Of a stretch of DNA of 64,000 nucleotides, positions 45,895-56,318 are shown one piece after another (position 1 is the stretch's first letter; each line of letters starts with the position of its first letter). This stretch comes from a virus, in IMG/VR virus record IMGVR_UViG_3300021389_000012, positions 1 through 64,000 of that record. One strand, written 5' to 3'. Made by a program: the position numbers and the translations under genes. Below the pieces are notes generated by a model, which was not told the DNA's origin, did not search any database, and was given only the letters and a program-made list of their open reading frames with translations.

Positions 45895-47167
45895 AACAAA
45901 GCGTAAGCAACCTAGAAGACCATCTGAAAGAATTAGAGCTAATCAACTAAAAGATCCTAGTTGGGAAGGCGCAGACGGATGGTCTGGCAAAGAGTATCAT
46001 CATGCTCGACAAGCCGCAACTGATTATTATTACAGAAATTATAAAACTTCTGTTCTTATTGATTATGCTTGGGATTGGATGCTTGCTAATGGTTATAATA
46101 AAAAAGATATAAAATGCGTCAAAGCAGCCAAAGCCGGAGCCATTAATGCAACTACAGGATATTACTGTCGTATGCTTACAATGGGTTGCCCAGATCAGCA
46201 TTTGGCCTGGAATGCATATTGGGAAAGTCTACCCGGCACAATGGGTACTCCAACTTCAATCAGTGAATTTATTAATAAAACAGTTAAACAAGCAATTGAA
46301 GATGGCAAAGAACATGTAGAAGAAGCAGAGCGTTTAGCAGAAGCAGAAGCAAAAAGAAATGCTAGACCAAAGCCAACTATACAACAACTACTACATGCAG
46401 CCGCATTGCAAATGACTAATGAAATAGAAGACTTTCTAGAACAATGGGTAGTTAGCGGATATGATCCAAAACTTGTAAAAGATTTTAAGCCAGATGCATT
46501 ATTGCGTAGAGCATCGGCTAAACAGGCACATGTAAGAATTATTCGTAATATATACAAAGACAATGTTGTAGAGTTTACTGAGCTTGCTAAAAAAGTTAAA
46601 AAAGAAAACAAAGACGATATGCGTTTGCAGTTGGAAGAAGGATATGAACACATGTCCACTGCACAACAAAAAGGTGCATTAGAATTATATCGTAAAATTA
46701 CAGATGCATGTGATATTGTAGAGGCAGAAAGCAAAGCAGGTCGTAAGCCACGCAAAACACGTATAAAGAGCCCAGAAGACATTGTTAAGAAGCTCAAATT
46801 TAAGCAAACAGACGCCGAATACGGTTTAGGTAGCATAACACCAGCAGAAATCGTTTACGCCCGTATACTGGTGGTTTTTAACACTAAAAACCGTAAGGTT
46901 GGATTGTATTATGCTAAGAATGTAGACCCTATGGGATTAAAACGAGAAGGTAGTGGGCTAAGTGTTAAAGGAACTACCATAACAGGATATGATGAAGAAA
47001 AGAGTTTACAACGCACAATTCGTAAGCCACAAGAATTTCTACCAGAACTTAAAAAAGCCACAAGAGCCAAAACAGAAAAGTTGTTTGAAACACTAAAAAC
47101 AACTGAAACTAAGTTAAATGGACGTATTAATGGAGAGACTATCTTATTAGCCGCCTTTAATAAGTGA
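45881..47167 (+). CDS. Hypothetical protein of a type common in large T4-like phages
   Basis: C-term VFNTKNRKVG...GLSVKGTTI...RTIRKP...NGRIN..TILL; start placed at ATG 45881 (GGAGA SD). Confidence 0.7.
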   Translation: MAMPRTKRKQPRRPSERIRANQLKDPSWEGADGWSGKEYHHARQAATDYYYRNYKTSVLIDYAWDWMLANGYNKKDIKCVKAAKAGAINATTGYYCRMLTMGCPDQHLAWNAYWESLPGTMGTPTSISEFINKTVKQAIEDGKEHVEEAERLAEAEAKRNARPKPTIQQLLHAAALQMTNEIEDFLEQWVVSGYDPKLVKDFKPDALLRRASAKQAHVRIIRNIYKDNVVEFTELAKKVKKENKDDMRLQLEEGYEHMSTAQQKGALELYRKITDACDIVEAESKAGRKPRKTRIKSPEDIVKKLKFKQTDAEYGLGSITPAEIVYARILVVFNTKNRKVGLYYAKNVDPMGLKREGSGLSVKGTTITGYDEEKSLQRTIRKPQEFLPELKKATRAKTEKLFETLKTTETKLNGRINGETILLAAFNK

Positions 47168-47199
47168 TACTATGATAAATACATAGTAGGAGAATTTAA

Positions 47200-47937
47200 A
47201 TGGCAGCTATAAACAAACTTCAAAAAGAAATAGAACTACGCTTAGGCGGTGGAATGGTCGATGTTGAACTCGATCCAGAACACTATGAACTTGCCGCCGA
47301 AAAAGCATTAGCAAAATACAGACAACGTGCCGAAAATGCCGTAGAAGAAAGTTTTATCATTCTTGAAATAATAAAAGATCAAAGTGAATATACACTTCCA
47401 TCAGAAGTAATGGAAGTACGTGATATTTACAGACGTACAACTGGTGTGAGCAGTGGAACAGGAAATGATATAGAACCATTCCAAGCGGCTTACCTTAACA
47501 CATACTTGTTAGGTAGTAGCAGAAACGGTGGACTATCAAGTTTTGATTTCCTACAACAAAACAGAGAAACAATGGGTAGACTGTTTGGTGCAGAGCTATT
47601 GTTTACTTGGCGCCCACAAGATAAAAAATTAATTCTACAAAGAAAAATTAAAGCAGATGACAATGCAGTATTACATTGTTATAACTACAGACCTACAGAA
47701 AGTTTACTAGAAGATACATATGCTGGTCCTTGGATAAAGGATTACGCATTTGCACACGCAAGATTAATGCTTGCAGAAGCACGTGGTAAATTTACACAGA
47801 TAGCAGGACCACAGGGTGGTACTACAATGAACGCAGACCAATTACGTACAGATTCTTTAACAGAAATTGATAAGCTAGAGACAGAACTTACATTGTTTAA
47901 TGATGGAAGTACTGGTCTCGGATTTGTTATAGGTTAA
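47200..47937 (+). CDS. gp13: Neck protein gp13-like (head-tail adaptor)
   Basis: LRLGGGMVDVELD, WIKDYAFA, RGKF..IAGPQGGTTMNA; late promoter at 47175. Confidence 0.82.
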   Translation: MAAINKLQKEIELRLGGGMVDVELDPEHYELAAEKALAKYRQRAENAVEESFIILEIIKDQSEYTLPSEVMEVRDIYRRTTGVSSGTGNDIEPFQAAYLNTYLLGSSRNGGLSSFDFLQQNRETMGRLFGAELLFTWRPQDKKLILQRKIKADDNAVLHCYNYRPTESLLEDTYAGPWIKDYAFAHARLMLAEARGKFTQIAGPQGGTTMNADQLRTDSLTEIDKLETELTLFNDGSTGLGFVIG

Positions 47938-48198
47938 ATGCATCTCAACACAATCCATGATCACAATGGCGGCTCATGTCAGAATTGTGGTTGGGGATCA
48001 CATTGTGGAACAGCCAGATATGCAGAAGCACAAGACTATGCAATAGACGGCGGAGAATATAGACAAATTAAAATTTGTGATCATTGCAGATGTAATCAAT
48101 GCATACCTACTATTCCTAAAACATATCTCATACCCAAAAAACCAATAGTTACTTGGAAGCAATTATTAAAACACATGCGTGATTTAAGTAAAAGATAA
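47938..48198 (+). CDS. Small Cys-rich putative Zn-binding protein
   Basis: CQNCGWGSHCG...CDHCRCNQC. Confidence 0.6.
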   Translation: MHLNTIHDHNGGSCQNCGWGSHCGTARYAEAQDYAIDGGEYRQIKICDHCRCNQCIPTIPKTYLIPKKPIVTWKQLLKHMRDLSKR

Positions 48199-48234
48199 CT
48201 TGACATTTTTATAGAAAGTTAGTATAATATACAC

Positions 48235-48876
48235 ATGAAGAAAAAAATAATTGGTATATGTGGACTTATTGGACACGGCAAAGACACTGCAGCCGGATTC
48301 TTAATTGAACAAGGATTTGAGCGAGTCAGTTTTGCTGGTGTGCTAAAAGATGCATGTGCTAATATTTTTGGATGGGATAGAATACTACTAGAAGGTAACA
48401 CACCAGAAAGCAGAGTTTGGAGAGAAACTGTTGATGAATGGTGGGCTACACGTTTAAACATTCCAAATTTCACACCTCGCCTTGCATTACAACATGTAGG
48501 CACTGATGCACTAAGAACACACTTTCATCCAGATATATGGGTTGCGGCGTGCGAAAGACAAATTATCAATTCAGAAAAAAATGTAGTTATAAGTGATTGT
48601 AGATTTTTTAATGAACTACAAGCAATCAAAAACTTAGGTGGAGATACTGTAGTTGTATGGAGAGGTGATAAACCAGATTGGTGGAACATCGCTTCTACAA
48701 CAAACATAGCACATGCATCAGGTAAACGAACACACCTCGTAGATGGTATGGCTGGTAAATATTCAGATGTACATAAAAGTGAATGGAGTTGGGCAGGTTG
48801 GGAGTTTGATGTAGAACTTCTAAATTCATCTACTCTTGAAGAACTTAAACAGCATACTATAGAAAAGCTAGCATAA
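48235..48876 (+). CDS. gp1: Deoxynucleoside monophosphate kinase gp1-like
   Basis: IIGICGLIGHGKDT, SFAGVLKD, TPRLALQHVGT, VISDCRFFNE, HKSE; own TTGACA-N17-TATAAT promoter 48200-48228. Confidence 0.9.
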   Translation: MKKKIIGICGLIGHGKDTAAGFLIEQGFERVSFAGVLKDACANIFGWDRILLEGNTPESRVWRETVDEWWATRLNIPNFTPRLALQHVGTDALRTHFHPDIWVAACERQIINSEKNVVISDCRFFNELQAIKNLGGDTVVVWRGDKPDWWNIASTTNIAHASGKRTHLVDGMAGKYSDVHKSEWSWAGWEFDVELLNSSTLEELKQHTIEKLA

Positions 48877-48931
48877 AACATCACAATTGTTTAACATAAA
48901 TATATTAAATAATTGATATAAGGAATAACGT

Positions 48932-50377
48932 ATGTTTAATGAAACATGGTGGAATAAAAAAAATAAATCAAAAGAATTAACAATAGGTTGGTTATATAAT
49001 AACAACATTAAAGATGACTTTGCAAAAGGTTATACAAAAAATTTAACTGACTATTGGACAGTTGAAATGGGGTTGTTTGTGCCAAATCAGTTCGCAGGTG
49101 AAACAATAGACGACTTATTAAAACAAGCATACGATAGCGGGTTTGCACAAATGATTGTTTTTAAACAAGGTTCTATTCTCAAAGGTGATAACTTTTATAA
49201 TGAATTTAGAAAATTCTATACAGAAAATAAAGATACTAAATTTATTGGACACATATTAGATAATAATGAAAGTTATTATAGGGTTCATCCACAAGCATTT
49301 TTTATAGATCTTAATTGGTGGGCTGACGCTGGATTTCCTGAATGGGGCGAGCAAAAACAAAATTCACCATTTGAAACTATAGAACCAATACGTAGTGAAG
49401 AAAACCATCATGATCAATATACTCCACATTGGATAGCACCAAGTAACCAATTAAAAACATATTCAGGAAAACGTGAAGGTTGGAATATAGTAAAATCATT
49501 AATAGAATCAGGTGAAAAGATATTATCATGGTCACATAAGTGTAGAGTATCAAAACACTATACGTACGAAGAAGTAAAAGAAGATGGACCTAGACATAGA
49601 GCTGACACATTGCTAGAGGCTACTGGACACGAAGTATTTTTTATTGCTAATACAGAAAGTTTACCATCTGACCGCCATTTAAAAGAACTATTTACTCATA
49701 GAAAAATGGTCACAGATAAAAATTGGAATGAAAAATTTCAGCACGTAATTACTCCAGCCGCTGGACTTAGTACACTTTTTTTTGCATTTAAACTTGGGTT
49801 AAAAGCAGGAGACCGTATTACTATATACGACTGCTCTGCAACAGCTCTTAGGCTTACACGTAGAATACTGCTTCAGTGGGATGGTACAGAATATACTAAA
49901 TTTGCTAAAAAGTTGATAAAACAAAATATAAATACAGAATTCAGAGGCCATGCTCAACTCAAGGATATTGAACAAGCTATAGAAAAATTAAATTGGATAG
50001 GATTTAGTGATTGGATTAAAAATGAATTTAGCCGTATTGAGATTGACGATTATAAAGTTGATATCCTAAATGAGCATAAACAACAGGAGTTAGTAAATCT
50101 GATAACAAGCGATGAGATTACTTACTTGCATTTAACTAATATATTTCATTACACTCCTACAGCCTTCTATTACAGTCTACAACAAAGATGGCAGTTGTTT
50201 AATGATTTATTAATTAAACTAAAGAAACGATCTAATAATAATAATATATTGTTATATGCCGCAAGAGGACCTGGCACTGATAATCCAATTATAAATTGGA
50301 TAGATGATTGGGATCCATATGATTTTTATGATATTCCAAAAGACAGTATAATGAGGTTATTAAAATGGAACAAATAA
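48932..50377 (+). CDS. Hypothetical enzyme-like protein
   Basis: Long ORF overlapping the hydroxylase start; late motif at 48896; VITPAAGL...IYD suggests a Rossmann-like C-terminal half. Confidence 0.55.
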   Translation: MFNETWWNKKNKSKELTIGWLYNNNIKDDFAKGYTKNLTDYWTVEMGLFVPNQFAGETIDDLLKQAYDSGFAQMIVFKQGSILKGDNFYNEFRKFYTENKDTKFIGHILDNNESYYRVHPQAFFIDLNWWADAGFPEWGEQKQNSPFETIEPIRSEENHHDQYTPHWIAPSNQLKTYSGKREGWNIVKSLIESGEKILSWSHKCRVSKHYTYEEVKEDGPRHRADTLLEATGHEVFFIANTESLPSDRHLKELFTHRKMVTDKNWNEKFQHVITPAAGLSTLFFAFKLGLKAGDRITIYDCSATALRLTRRILLQWDGTEYTKFAKKLIKQNINTEFRGHAQLKDIEQAIEKLNWIGFSDWIKNEFSRIEIDDYKVDILNEHKQQELVNLITSDEITYLHLTNIFHYTPTAFYYSLQQRWQLFNDLLIKLKKRSNNNNILLYAARGPGTDNPIINWIDDWDPYDFYDIPKDSIMRLLKWNK

Positions 50378-51159
50378 AAAAAGATAAAGAATACTTTAGT
50401 AACTTAACACAGGTAAAAAGATTTATTACTGAATGTGAACAAAAAGAACACTATCAGGATTTAAAAATACCTGGCAATGAATATGACAATTGGAAAACTG
50501 ATAAACGTATTGAAAATGAATATGCAAAATGGATTATAAGACATAGCAATTGTCCTAGTTTACTTTTAAATATACCAGTACCTTATAAAGAAATGACTGC
50601 TGAAGCTGAACAGTTTCTTGATAGGTTTGTTAAACATAGAGGCGGTTGGAATCCAGGATGGAGCAGTATTGCAGTACATGGCCAATCAGCTGAAAGAACA
50701 CAACCTGCAAATTATTATGTAGAAGAAGGCATTGATACTGAAGATAATATAGCACCCTATGATTGGACAGAAATTGCAAAAGATTGTCCAGTAACAGTAG
50801 AATGGCTAACGAATTCTTTTCCAATAAAAGAATTTCAAAGAGTTAGATTTATGTTATTAGAACCTGGCGGTTTTATTCAACCACATAGTGATTTTGATGA
50901 AAGAAGAATGGCAGCATTTAATATATCTTTAAGTAATCCAGACGGAGTGCATTTTGCACAGGAAGAAGCAGGACTAATACCATGGCAACCAGGCGAAGCT
51001 CGTGCTATTGATATTGGAAGACAGCATAGTGTATTGCATACAGGAACAGAAAATAGAATCCATATGATTGTTCATGGAAAATGGGCAGATAACTTTGAAA
51101 GGTGCATTTGCGAAAGTTTTGAGGCCCTTTTGATAAATATAGCCTTAAATAACAACTAA
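50365..51159 (+). CDS. Asp/Asn beta-hydroxylase-like 2OG-Fe(II) oxygenase
   Basis: RVRFMLLEPGGFIQPHSD ... HSVLHTGTENRIHMIVH (HxD...H, R). Confidence 0.8.
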   Translation: MEQIKKDKEYFSNLTQVKRFITECEQKEHYQDLKIPGNEYDNWKTDKRIENEYAKWIIRHSNCPSLLLNIPVPYKEMTAEAEQFLDRFVKHRGGWNPGWSSIAVHGQSAERTQPANYYVEEGIDTEDNIAPYDWTEIAKDCPVTVEWLTNSFPIKEFQRVRFMLLEPGGFIQPHSDFDERRMAAFNISLSNPDGVHFAQEEAGLIPWQPGEARAIDIGRQHSVLHTGTENRIHMIVHGKWADNFERCICESFEALLINIALNNN

Positions 51160-51251
51160 GTTAACTCTGTAAACCCCCGATTTAAGCAAAATCAAATAAA
51201 TACATGTATAGTAAATTTAGGCATTTAGCCTATTAGAAAAAGGAGCTTAAC

Positions 51252-53654
51252 ATGGCAAATCTTACTTCACCTGGCGTACAGGTTTCAGTAACAGACGAAT
51301 CAGTATACGGCCCAGCAGGAGCCGGAACTGTTCCTATGTTATTTATTGCTACTGGTGAGGATAAGGCAGACCCTACCTCAACTGAAACAGATGGCATTGC
51401 AAAATACACAAAGTCTGCACAATCAAAAAAACCTATTCTAGTTACTTCACAAAGAGAACTTACACAGTACTTTGGAAACATTGATTTCCGTAAAGTAAGT
51501 GGTACAGTTCAACAAGGTGACGAAACTAACGAATACGGACTTTTGGCAGCATATTCATTTTTAGGACAAGCTTCGGCGGCGTATGTAGTACGTGCTGATG
51601 TTAACCTAACAGAACTTAGACCAAGTTCATCAGCACCAGGCGGTGCAGCAGCAAATAACACTTATTGGGTCAGTCCAACAGGTGCAAGCTGGGGTATTTT
51701 TGAAAGCGATGGTACATCGTGGACTGAACAAACTCCAACAGTAGAAATTGTTAATTCAGGTGCACCTACAACTGTAACAACAACTGCAGGTGAATACTTA
51801 GTATTAATTACGAATGATACATCAAGTACAACTATTAGTTACTTTAAAAGTAACGGTACGGCATGGGTGGCATTAGTAGATGGCGACACTACATTTGCTC
51901 CACATTATTCAGCACCATCTAGCCCATCGGCAGCTGATGTATGGATTAAAACAACTCAAGCAGGTGGTATAAAATTTGTACCAAGTTTGTACACAACAGC
52001 ATCAGGTTCGTTTGTTGGACAAGCAATTGAATACGCTGGAGACACAGCACCAACTAATACTGCTGGTATATTTGCAGATGGATCTACATACTCAGCTAGA
52101 ACGTTATTAGATGGCGATCTTTGGCTTGATTTCACTGACGCAAGTTCAAGTATTGAACTTAAACGTTATGATGGATCATCATGGGCCAGTATTGGTTCAA
52201 CAGGATCATATCCAGTATCAGTATCAACTACAGAACCAACTGGTAATCCAGTAAATGGTCAACTTTGGTTTGATCCAGATGTAAACGAATTAGCAGTTTA
52301 TGAAGTTAAATCAGACTCAGGAACACAAAAATGGGAACGTGCAGCAGACGTACAATACACTACAACTGCACCAACAACAGACACAGGCGGTAACGCACTA
52401 GTTGACGGTGACTATTGGGTTGATACAGACGCAAGCGGTTATCCTGTAATTTACAGACATAACGGTACAGCATGGGCAGTAAAAGATGCTACAGATCAAA
52501 GCACAAGTGCAGGTGTTGTATTTGGCGATATTACAGCGTTAGACACAACTGCAGGTGGTTTTGAAGCAACTCTATTAGCAGGCGCTCCAGATCCATTAGT
52601 ACACCCAGTTGGAATGACTGGTATTAATATGTGTCGTTCAGCTAACACAGTTAGAGAATATGATACTTCATTAAACACACCTTGGAAATGGCGTAACAAA
52701 GCAAGCAATCAAGCAAGCGGCAAAGGTTCGTTTGGTAGATTAGCTCAGCGTAAAGTTGTTACAACAGCTATGCAGGCAGCAGCAGGCGGATCAGAACTAC
52801 GTGAAGATACAGTAGCGTTCCGTTTAATTGCAGCTCCAGGTTATACAGAGTTATATGATGAAATGGTAACATTAAACGCAGACAGAGACGAAACAGCATT
52901 TATTATTGTTGACGCTCCATTCCGTTTAAATGCAACCGAGGCAGTAGCTTGGAAACAAGGTACAACTGCTACAGAAAATGGCGAAGATGGATTAGTAACA
53001 TCAAACACTTATAGTGCGGTTTATTATCCACACGCATTAACAACTAACCCTTCTACAGGTGATAACGTTGTTGCTCCAGCATCACACATTGCATTATACA
53101 CATATGCATACAGTGATAACGTGAGCTTTCAATGGTTTGCACCAGCAGGTTTAACACGTGGTGTTGTACAAAATGCAACTAACGTTGGTTACTTAAATTC
53201 AGAAGATGAGTTTGTTAAATTATCATTAACTCAAGGTTCTAGAGATGCAATGTATGAGCAGAAGATGAATCCAATTGCAAAATTCCCTACAGAGGGTGTT
53301 GTAGTATTTGGACAGAAATCAATGCATGCAAGTGCTTCTGCATTAGATAGAGTTAACGTAGCAAGACTTACAGCTTATTTAAGAGAACGTTTTGCCGTAA
53401 TAGCAAGACCTTTCTTGTTTGAGCCAAATGATGCAAGTACTCGTTCAAATGCTAAAGCAACATTTGATGGGTTCTTATCAAACATTATGCAACAACGTGG
53501 TGTTTATGACTTTGCGGTAGTTTGTGATACAACAAACAATACGCCTGCAAGAATTGATGCAAATGAATTTTATGTTGATGTAGCAATTGAGCCTACAAAA
53601 TCAGCAGAATTTATTTATATTCCAATTAGAATCGTAAATACTGGCGAAATTTAA
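51252..53654 (+). CDS. gp18: Tail sheath protein gp18
   Basis: SPGVQVSVTDES, WFAPAGLTRG, VFGQKS...SALDRVNVARL, FLFEPND, IEPTKSAEFIYIPI. Confidence 0.95.
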   Translation: MANLTSPGVQVSVTDESVYGPAGAGTVPMLFIATGEDKADPTSTETDGIAKYTKSAQSKKPILVTSQRELTQYFGNIDFRKVSGTVQQGDETNEYGLLAAYSFLGQASAAYVVRADVNLTELRPSSSAPGGAAANNTYWVSPTGASWGIFESDGTSWTEQTPTVEIVNSGAPTTVTTTAGEYLVLITNDTSSTTISYFKSNGTAWVALVDGDTTFAPHYSAPSSPSAADVWIKTTQAGGIKFVPSLYTTASGSFVGQAIEYAGDTAPTNTAGIFADGSTYSARTLLDGDLWLDFTDASSSIELKRYDGSSWASIGSTGSYPVSVSTTEPTGNPVNGQLWFDPDVNELAVYEVKSDSGTQKWERAADVQYTTTAPTTDTGGNALVDGDYWVDTDASGYPVIYRHNGTAWAVKDATDQSTSAGVVFGDITALDTTAGGFEATLLAGAPDPLVHPVGMTGINMCRSANTVREYDTSLNTPWKWRNKASNQASGKGSFGRLAQRKVVTTAMQAAAGGSELREDTVAFRLIAAPGYTELYDEMVTLNADRDETAFIIVDAPFRLNATEAVAWKQGTTATENGEDGLVTSNTYSAVYYPHALTTNPSTGDNVVAPASHIALYTYAYSDNVSFQWFAPAGLTRGVVQNATNVGYLNSEDEFVKLSLTQGSRDAMYEQKMNPIAKFPTEGVVVFGQKSMHASASALDRVNVARLTAYLRERFAVIARPFLFEPNDASTRSNAKATFDGFLSNIMQQRGVYDFAVVCDTTNNTPARIDANEFYVDVAIEPTKSAEFIYIPIRIVNTGEI

Positions 53655-53680
53655 GTTAAAAGTTTAATTTAATTAAAAAT

Positions 53681-53710
53681 AAGGGCTACTATAGAAATAT
53701 AGTAGCCTTT
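53681..53710 (+). terminator. Hairpin/terminator between sheath and tube
   Basis: aagggctactat...atagtagccttt. Confidence 0.65.
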
Positions 53711-53806
53711 AATATGACAAATTTTAAATATTGTAATTTTTCAGCAATGATTTGATAAATACAATATAACAGAAATACTACAGTATTAGTATATAGGAGA
53801 AAACAA

Positions 53807-54406
53807 ATGGCTGTAATTACAAATTTTGGTGTACCAACTGATGCAACACCTGGTACAACATTGATGCCTAAACTACAATATAGATTTAGAGTATCATTTA
53901 ACAATTTAGGTGTATCTGCAACTAGCGATACAACAACACAAAACGTTATTAGTGCTTCAAGACCTAATTTAACACATGAAGAAGTTGTCGTTGATTCATA
54001 CAACTCAAAAATGTATCTAGCAGGTAAGCATACTTGGGAACCAGTAACAGTAGTGTTACGTGATGATATGAATTCACATGTTATTAAAGAGCTAGGTGCA
54101 CAATTAAACAAACAAGTTGATCATGCAGATCAGCAAAGTGCTAAAGCAGGAAGTTCGTATAAATTTGAAACTATTATTGAAACATTAGATGGTGCTAACG
54201 GAACAACTAAACCAGAAACTTTTGATAAATGGCAACTACAAGGTTGCTTTATTAGTAATATACAATATGGTGATTTAAATTATGCAGATTCAAGTATGGT
54301 TCAAGTTACACTAACAATACGTTATGATCATGCAGAGCATACAGTAAATAGTGTTGATCTATTATCTGGAGCTGACATGAAAGACGGCTCAGGCGCTACA
54401 CAATAG
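53807..54406 (+). CDS. gp19: Tail tube protein gp19-like
   Basis: PKLQYRFRV, YLAGKHTWEPVTVVLRDD, WQLQGCF, LTIRYD; follows sheath. Confidence 0.88.
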   Translation: MAVITNFGVPTDATPGTTLMPKLQYRFRVSFNNLGVSATSDTTTQNVISASRPNLTHEEVVVDSYNSKMYLAGKHTWEPVTVVLRDDMNSHVIKELGAQLNKQVDHADQQSAKAGSSYKFETIIETLDGANGTTKPETFDKWQLQGCFISNIQYGDLNYADSSMVQVTLTIRYDHAEHTVNSVDLLSGADMKDGSGATQ

Positions 54407-54426
54407 TAAATTAAGGACTAGTAACA

Positions 54427-55299
54427 ATGGCAATAGGCAATGACGCACATCTATTGTATGGTCAAACGCTACCGCATAGACCAGACCTTAAGATGACAGC
54501 GATACCAAGGAACAAGTATCTCTTCGCAGTTAGATTAACTATGCATGACGGTAGTAACCTTAATCTTACACGTATAGCTAATGTGTCAATGCCATCGTTT
54601 GTATATAGAACACAAACACTTAATAATTATAATAATAAAAGCATAGTACAAACAGGAATAGATTATACTCCTATAACACTGACAGCATACGATACCAAAG
54701 ATGCTGTATTTGAAAATTTCCTTAAGAAGTACGCTAATCATTATTTTACAGGACCAATGAACGATGATAGTTACGTAGAGTGGCTAAACAGTCCAAAAGG
54801 ATTTGATTTAAAAACAACAAATCATTACATTAAAATGATGACTATTACTAGACTTGATACTAGTGAACAAGAAAATGTAATTGAAATATTTCATCCATTT
54901 ATACAAAATGCAGATGCTGATACGCTAGATTATTCAGATAGTAGCCCTACTACTTTTAGAGTAACACTTGCATACGAAGGTTATAGAATTAAAACTCCTA
55001 CAAACGATACTTCATCGGAAACGCTAAAAGCAGTTGCTGATAGACATCCAGACATTTCAAATGCTGTTATAGAAGGAAGCAATACAGTAGACCCAGGTTT
55101 ATTGAAAGCTCTAGAAGATGCACCAAATGAAGTTGATCCAGCATTATTAAGAGCTCTCGACGAAGTAAACACTGAATCAGCTCAAACCCAGGCTAAACAA
55201 CTAGAAAAATTTAAAGAAGCTGAAATTGATCACGAAGCATTTGCTAGAGCGTTAGCTGATAACCCTGCTCTTGTTGCCGATATGAAAAACAGATTTTAA
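54427..55299 (+). CDS. Tube-fold baseplate/tail protein (gp19/gp54-like)
   Basis: MPSFVYRTQTLNNYN...QTGIDYTPITLTAYD...DTLDYSDS...VTLAYE. Confidence 0.6.
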   Translation: MAIGNDAHLLYGQTLPHRPDLKMTAIPRNKYLFAVRLTMHDGSNLNLTRIANVSMPSFVYRTQTLNNYNNKSIVQTGIDYTPITLTAYDTKDAVFENFLKKYANHYFTGPMNDDSYVEWLNSPKGFDLKTTNHYIKMMTITRLDTSEQENVIEIFHPFIQNADADTLDYSDSSPTTFRVTLAYEGYRIKTPTNDTSSETLKAVADRHPDISNAVIEGSNTVDPGLLKALEDAPNEVDPALLRALDEVNTESAQTQAKQLEKFKEAEIDHEAFARALADNPALVADMKNRF

Positions 55300-55317
55300 A
55301 TATATGGAGTAACACTA

Positions 55318-55764
55318 ATGCCGAAATTCCAAAATGGAAAATTCGTACCTTCTAACCCAGATAAATACTTAGGTAAAAGAACACCACATTACAGAAGTGG
55401 ATGGGAATTAGCAGTATTTCGTATGTGTGATAATCACCCAGCAATACTAGGTTGGGGCAGCGAAACACACAGAATCCCATATAAAAACCCACTTACTGGA
55501 AAAATGAGTACTTATGTACCTGACTTGTTATTAGTATACAAAGACAAGAAAGGACAAAATCATGCTGAGATGGTTGAGATTAAACCAGCTAGTCAGACAT
55601 TGAGCGAAGCAAGAACACAAGCTCAAAAGGCAGCAGCAGTGGTTAATCACTCAAAATGGGCAGCCGCACATGCCTGGTGTAAACAACAAGGAATGGCGTT
55701 TAGGGTTATTACCGAACATCAAATTTTTAATAAACCTCAAAACTCTAAAAAGAAAAGAAAATGA
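55318..55764 (+). CDS. gp4: Head completion nuclease gp4-like (TnsA-like)
   Basis: GKFVPSNPDKYLG, YRSGWE, WGSE, YVPD, EIKP, KWAAA. Confidence 0.88.
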   Translation: MPKFQNGKFVPSNPDKYLGKRTPHYRSGWELAVFRMCDNHPAILGWGSETHRIPYKNPLTGKMSTYVPDLLLVYKDKKGQNHAEMVEIKPASQTLSEARTQAQKAAAVVNHSKWAAAHAWCKQQGMAFRVITEHQIFNKPQNSKKKRK

Positions 55765-56297
55765 CAAAAAAATTAGAAGAAGAATTAAATTTACCAGATT
55801 TAGATGAATTACTTCCTGATGAAACAGAACAGGAAGCGCCTACTACTGAAGAACTTAAAACAGAAATAGCAAACATTGAAGGCGAAATGAGTATGGTAGA
55901 ACGTGCCAACATTGCATTGCCTACAGTTGAAGGTTTAGAACAGTTAGATAGAGAAATGGACGAATATGCAAAGAAGGCCATGGAAACATTTGAAGATTTA
56001 GTAGATCTTGGTAAAAATGTAGAAGATAGACATGCTGCTCCTATATTTGATAGTGCAAGCAAAATGATATCAGCAGCTCTACAGGCAAAACAAGCCAAAA
56101 TGGACAAGAAAATGAAAATGATTGAGTTACAAATGCGTCAAGCTAGACTTGAAAAAGACAGTGAGAAGATAGATGCGTATGTAGCCGGTAAAAAACACGA
56201 ATTGGGCGAAGAAGAAGAGACAGAAGGGCGTATAGTTGGTGATAGAACTGCTATGCTTGCCGAAATAATGAAAAACTTGCCTGAAAAAGATAAATAG
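55761..56297 (+). CDS. Probable terminase small subunit
   Basis: Helical protein (FEDLVDLG, AKQAKMDKKMKMIELQ, DRTAML) upstream of large terminase. Confidence 0.55.
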   Translation: MTKKLEEELNLPDLDELLPDETEQEAPTTEELKTEIANIEGEMSMVERANIALPTVEGLEQLDREMDEYAKKAMETFEDLVDLGKNVEDRHAAPIFDSASKMISAALQAKQAKMDKKMKMIELQMRQARLEKDSEKIDAYVAGKKHELGEEEETEGRIVGDRTAMLAEIMKNLPEKDK

Positions 56298-56318
56298 TAT
56301 TAATAGGAGATAACCGCA

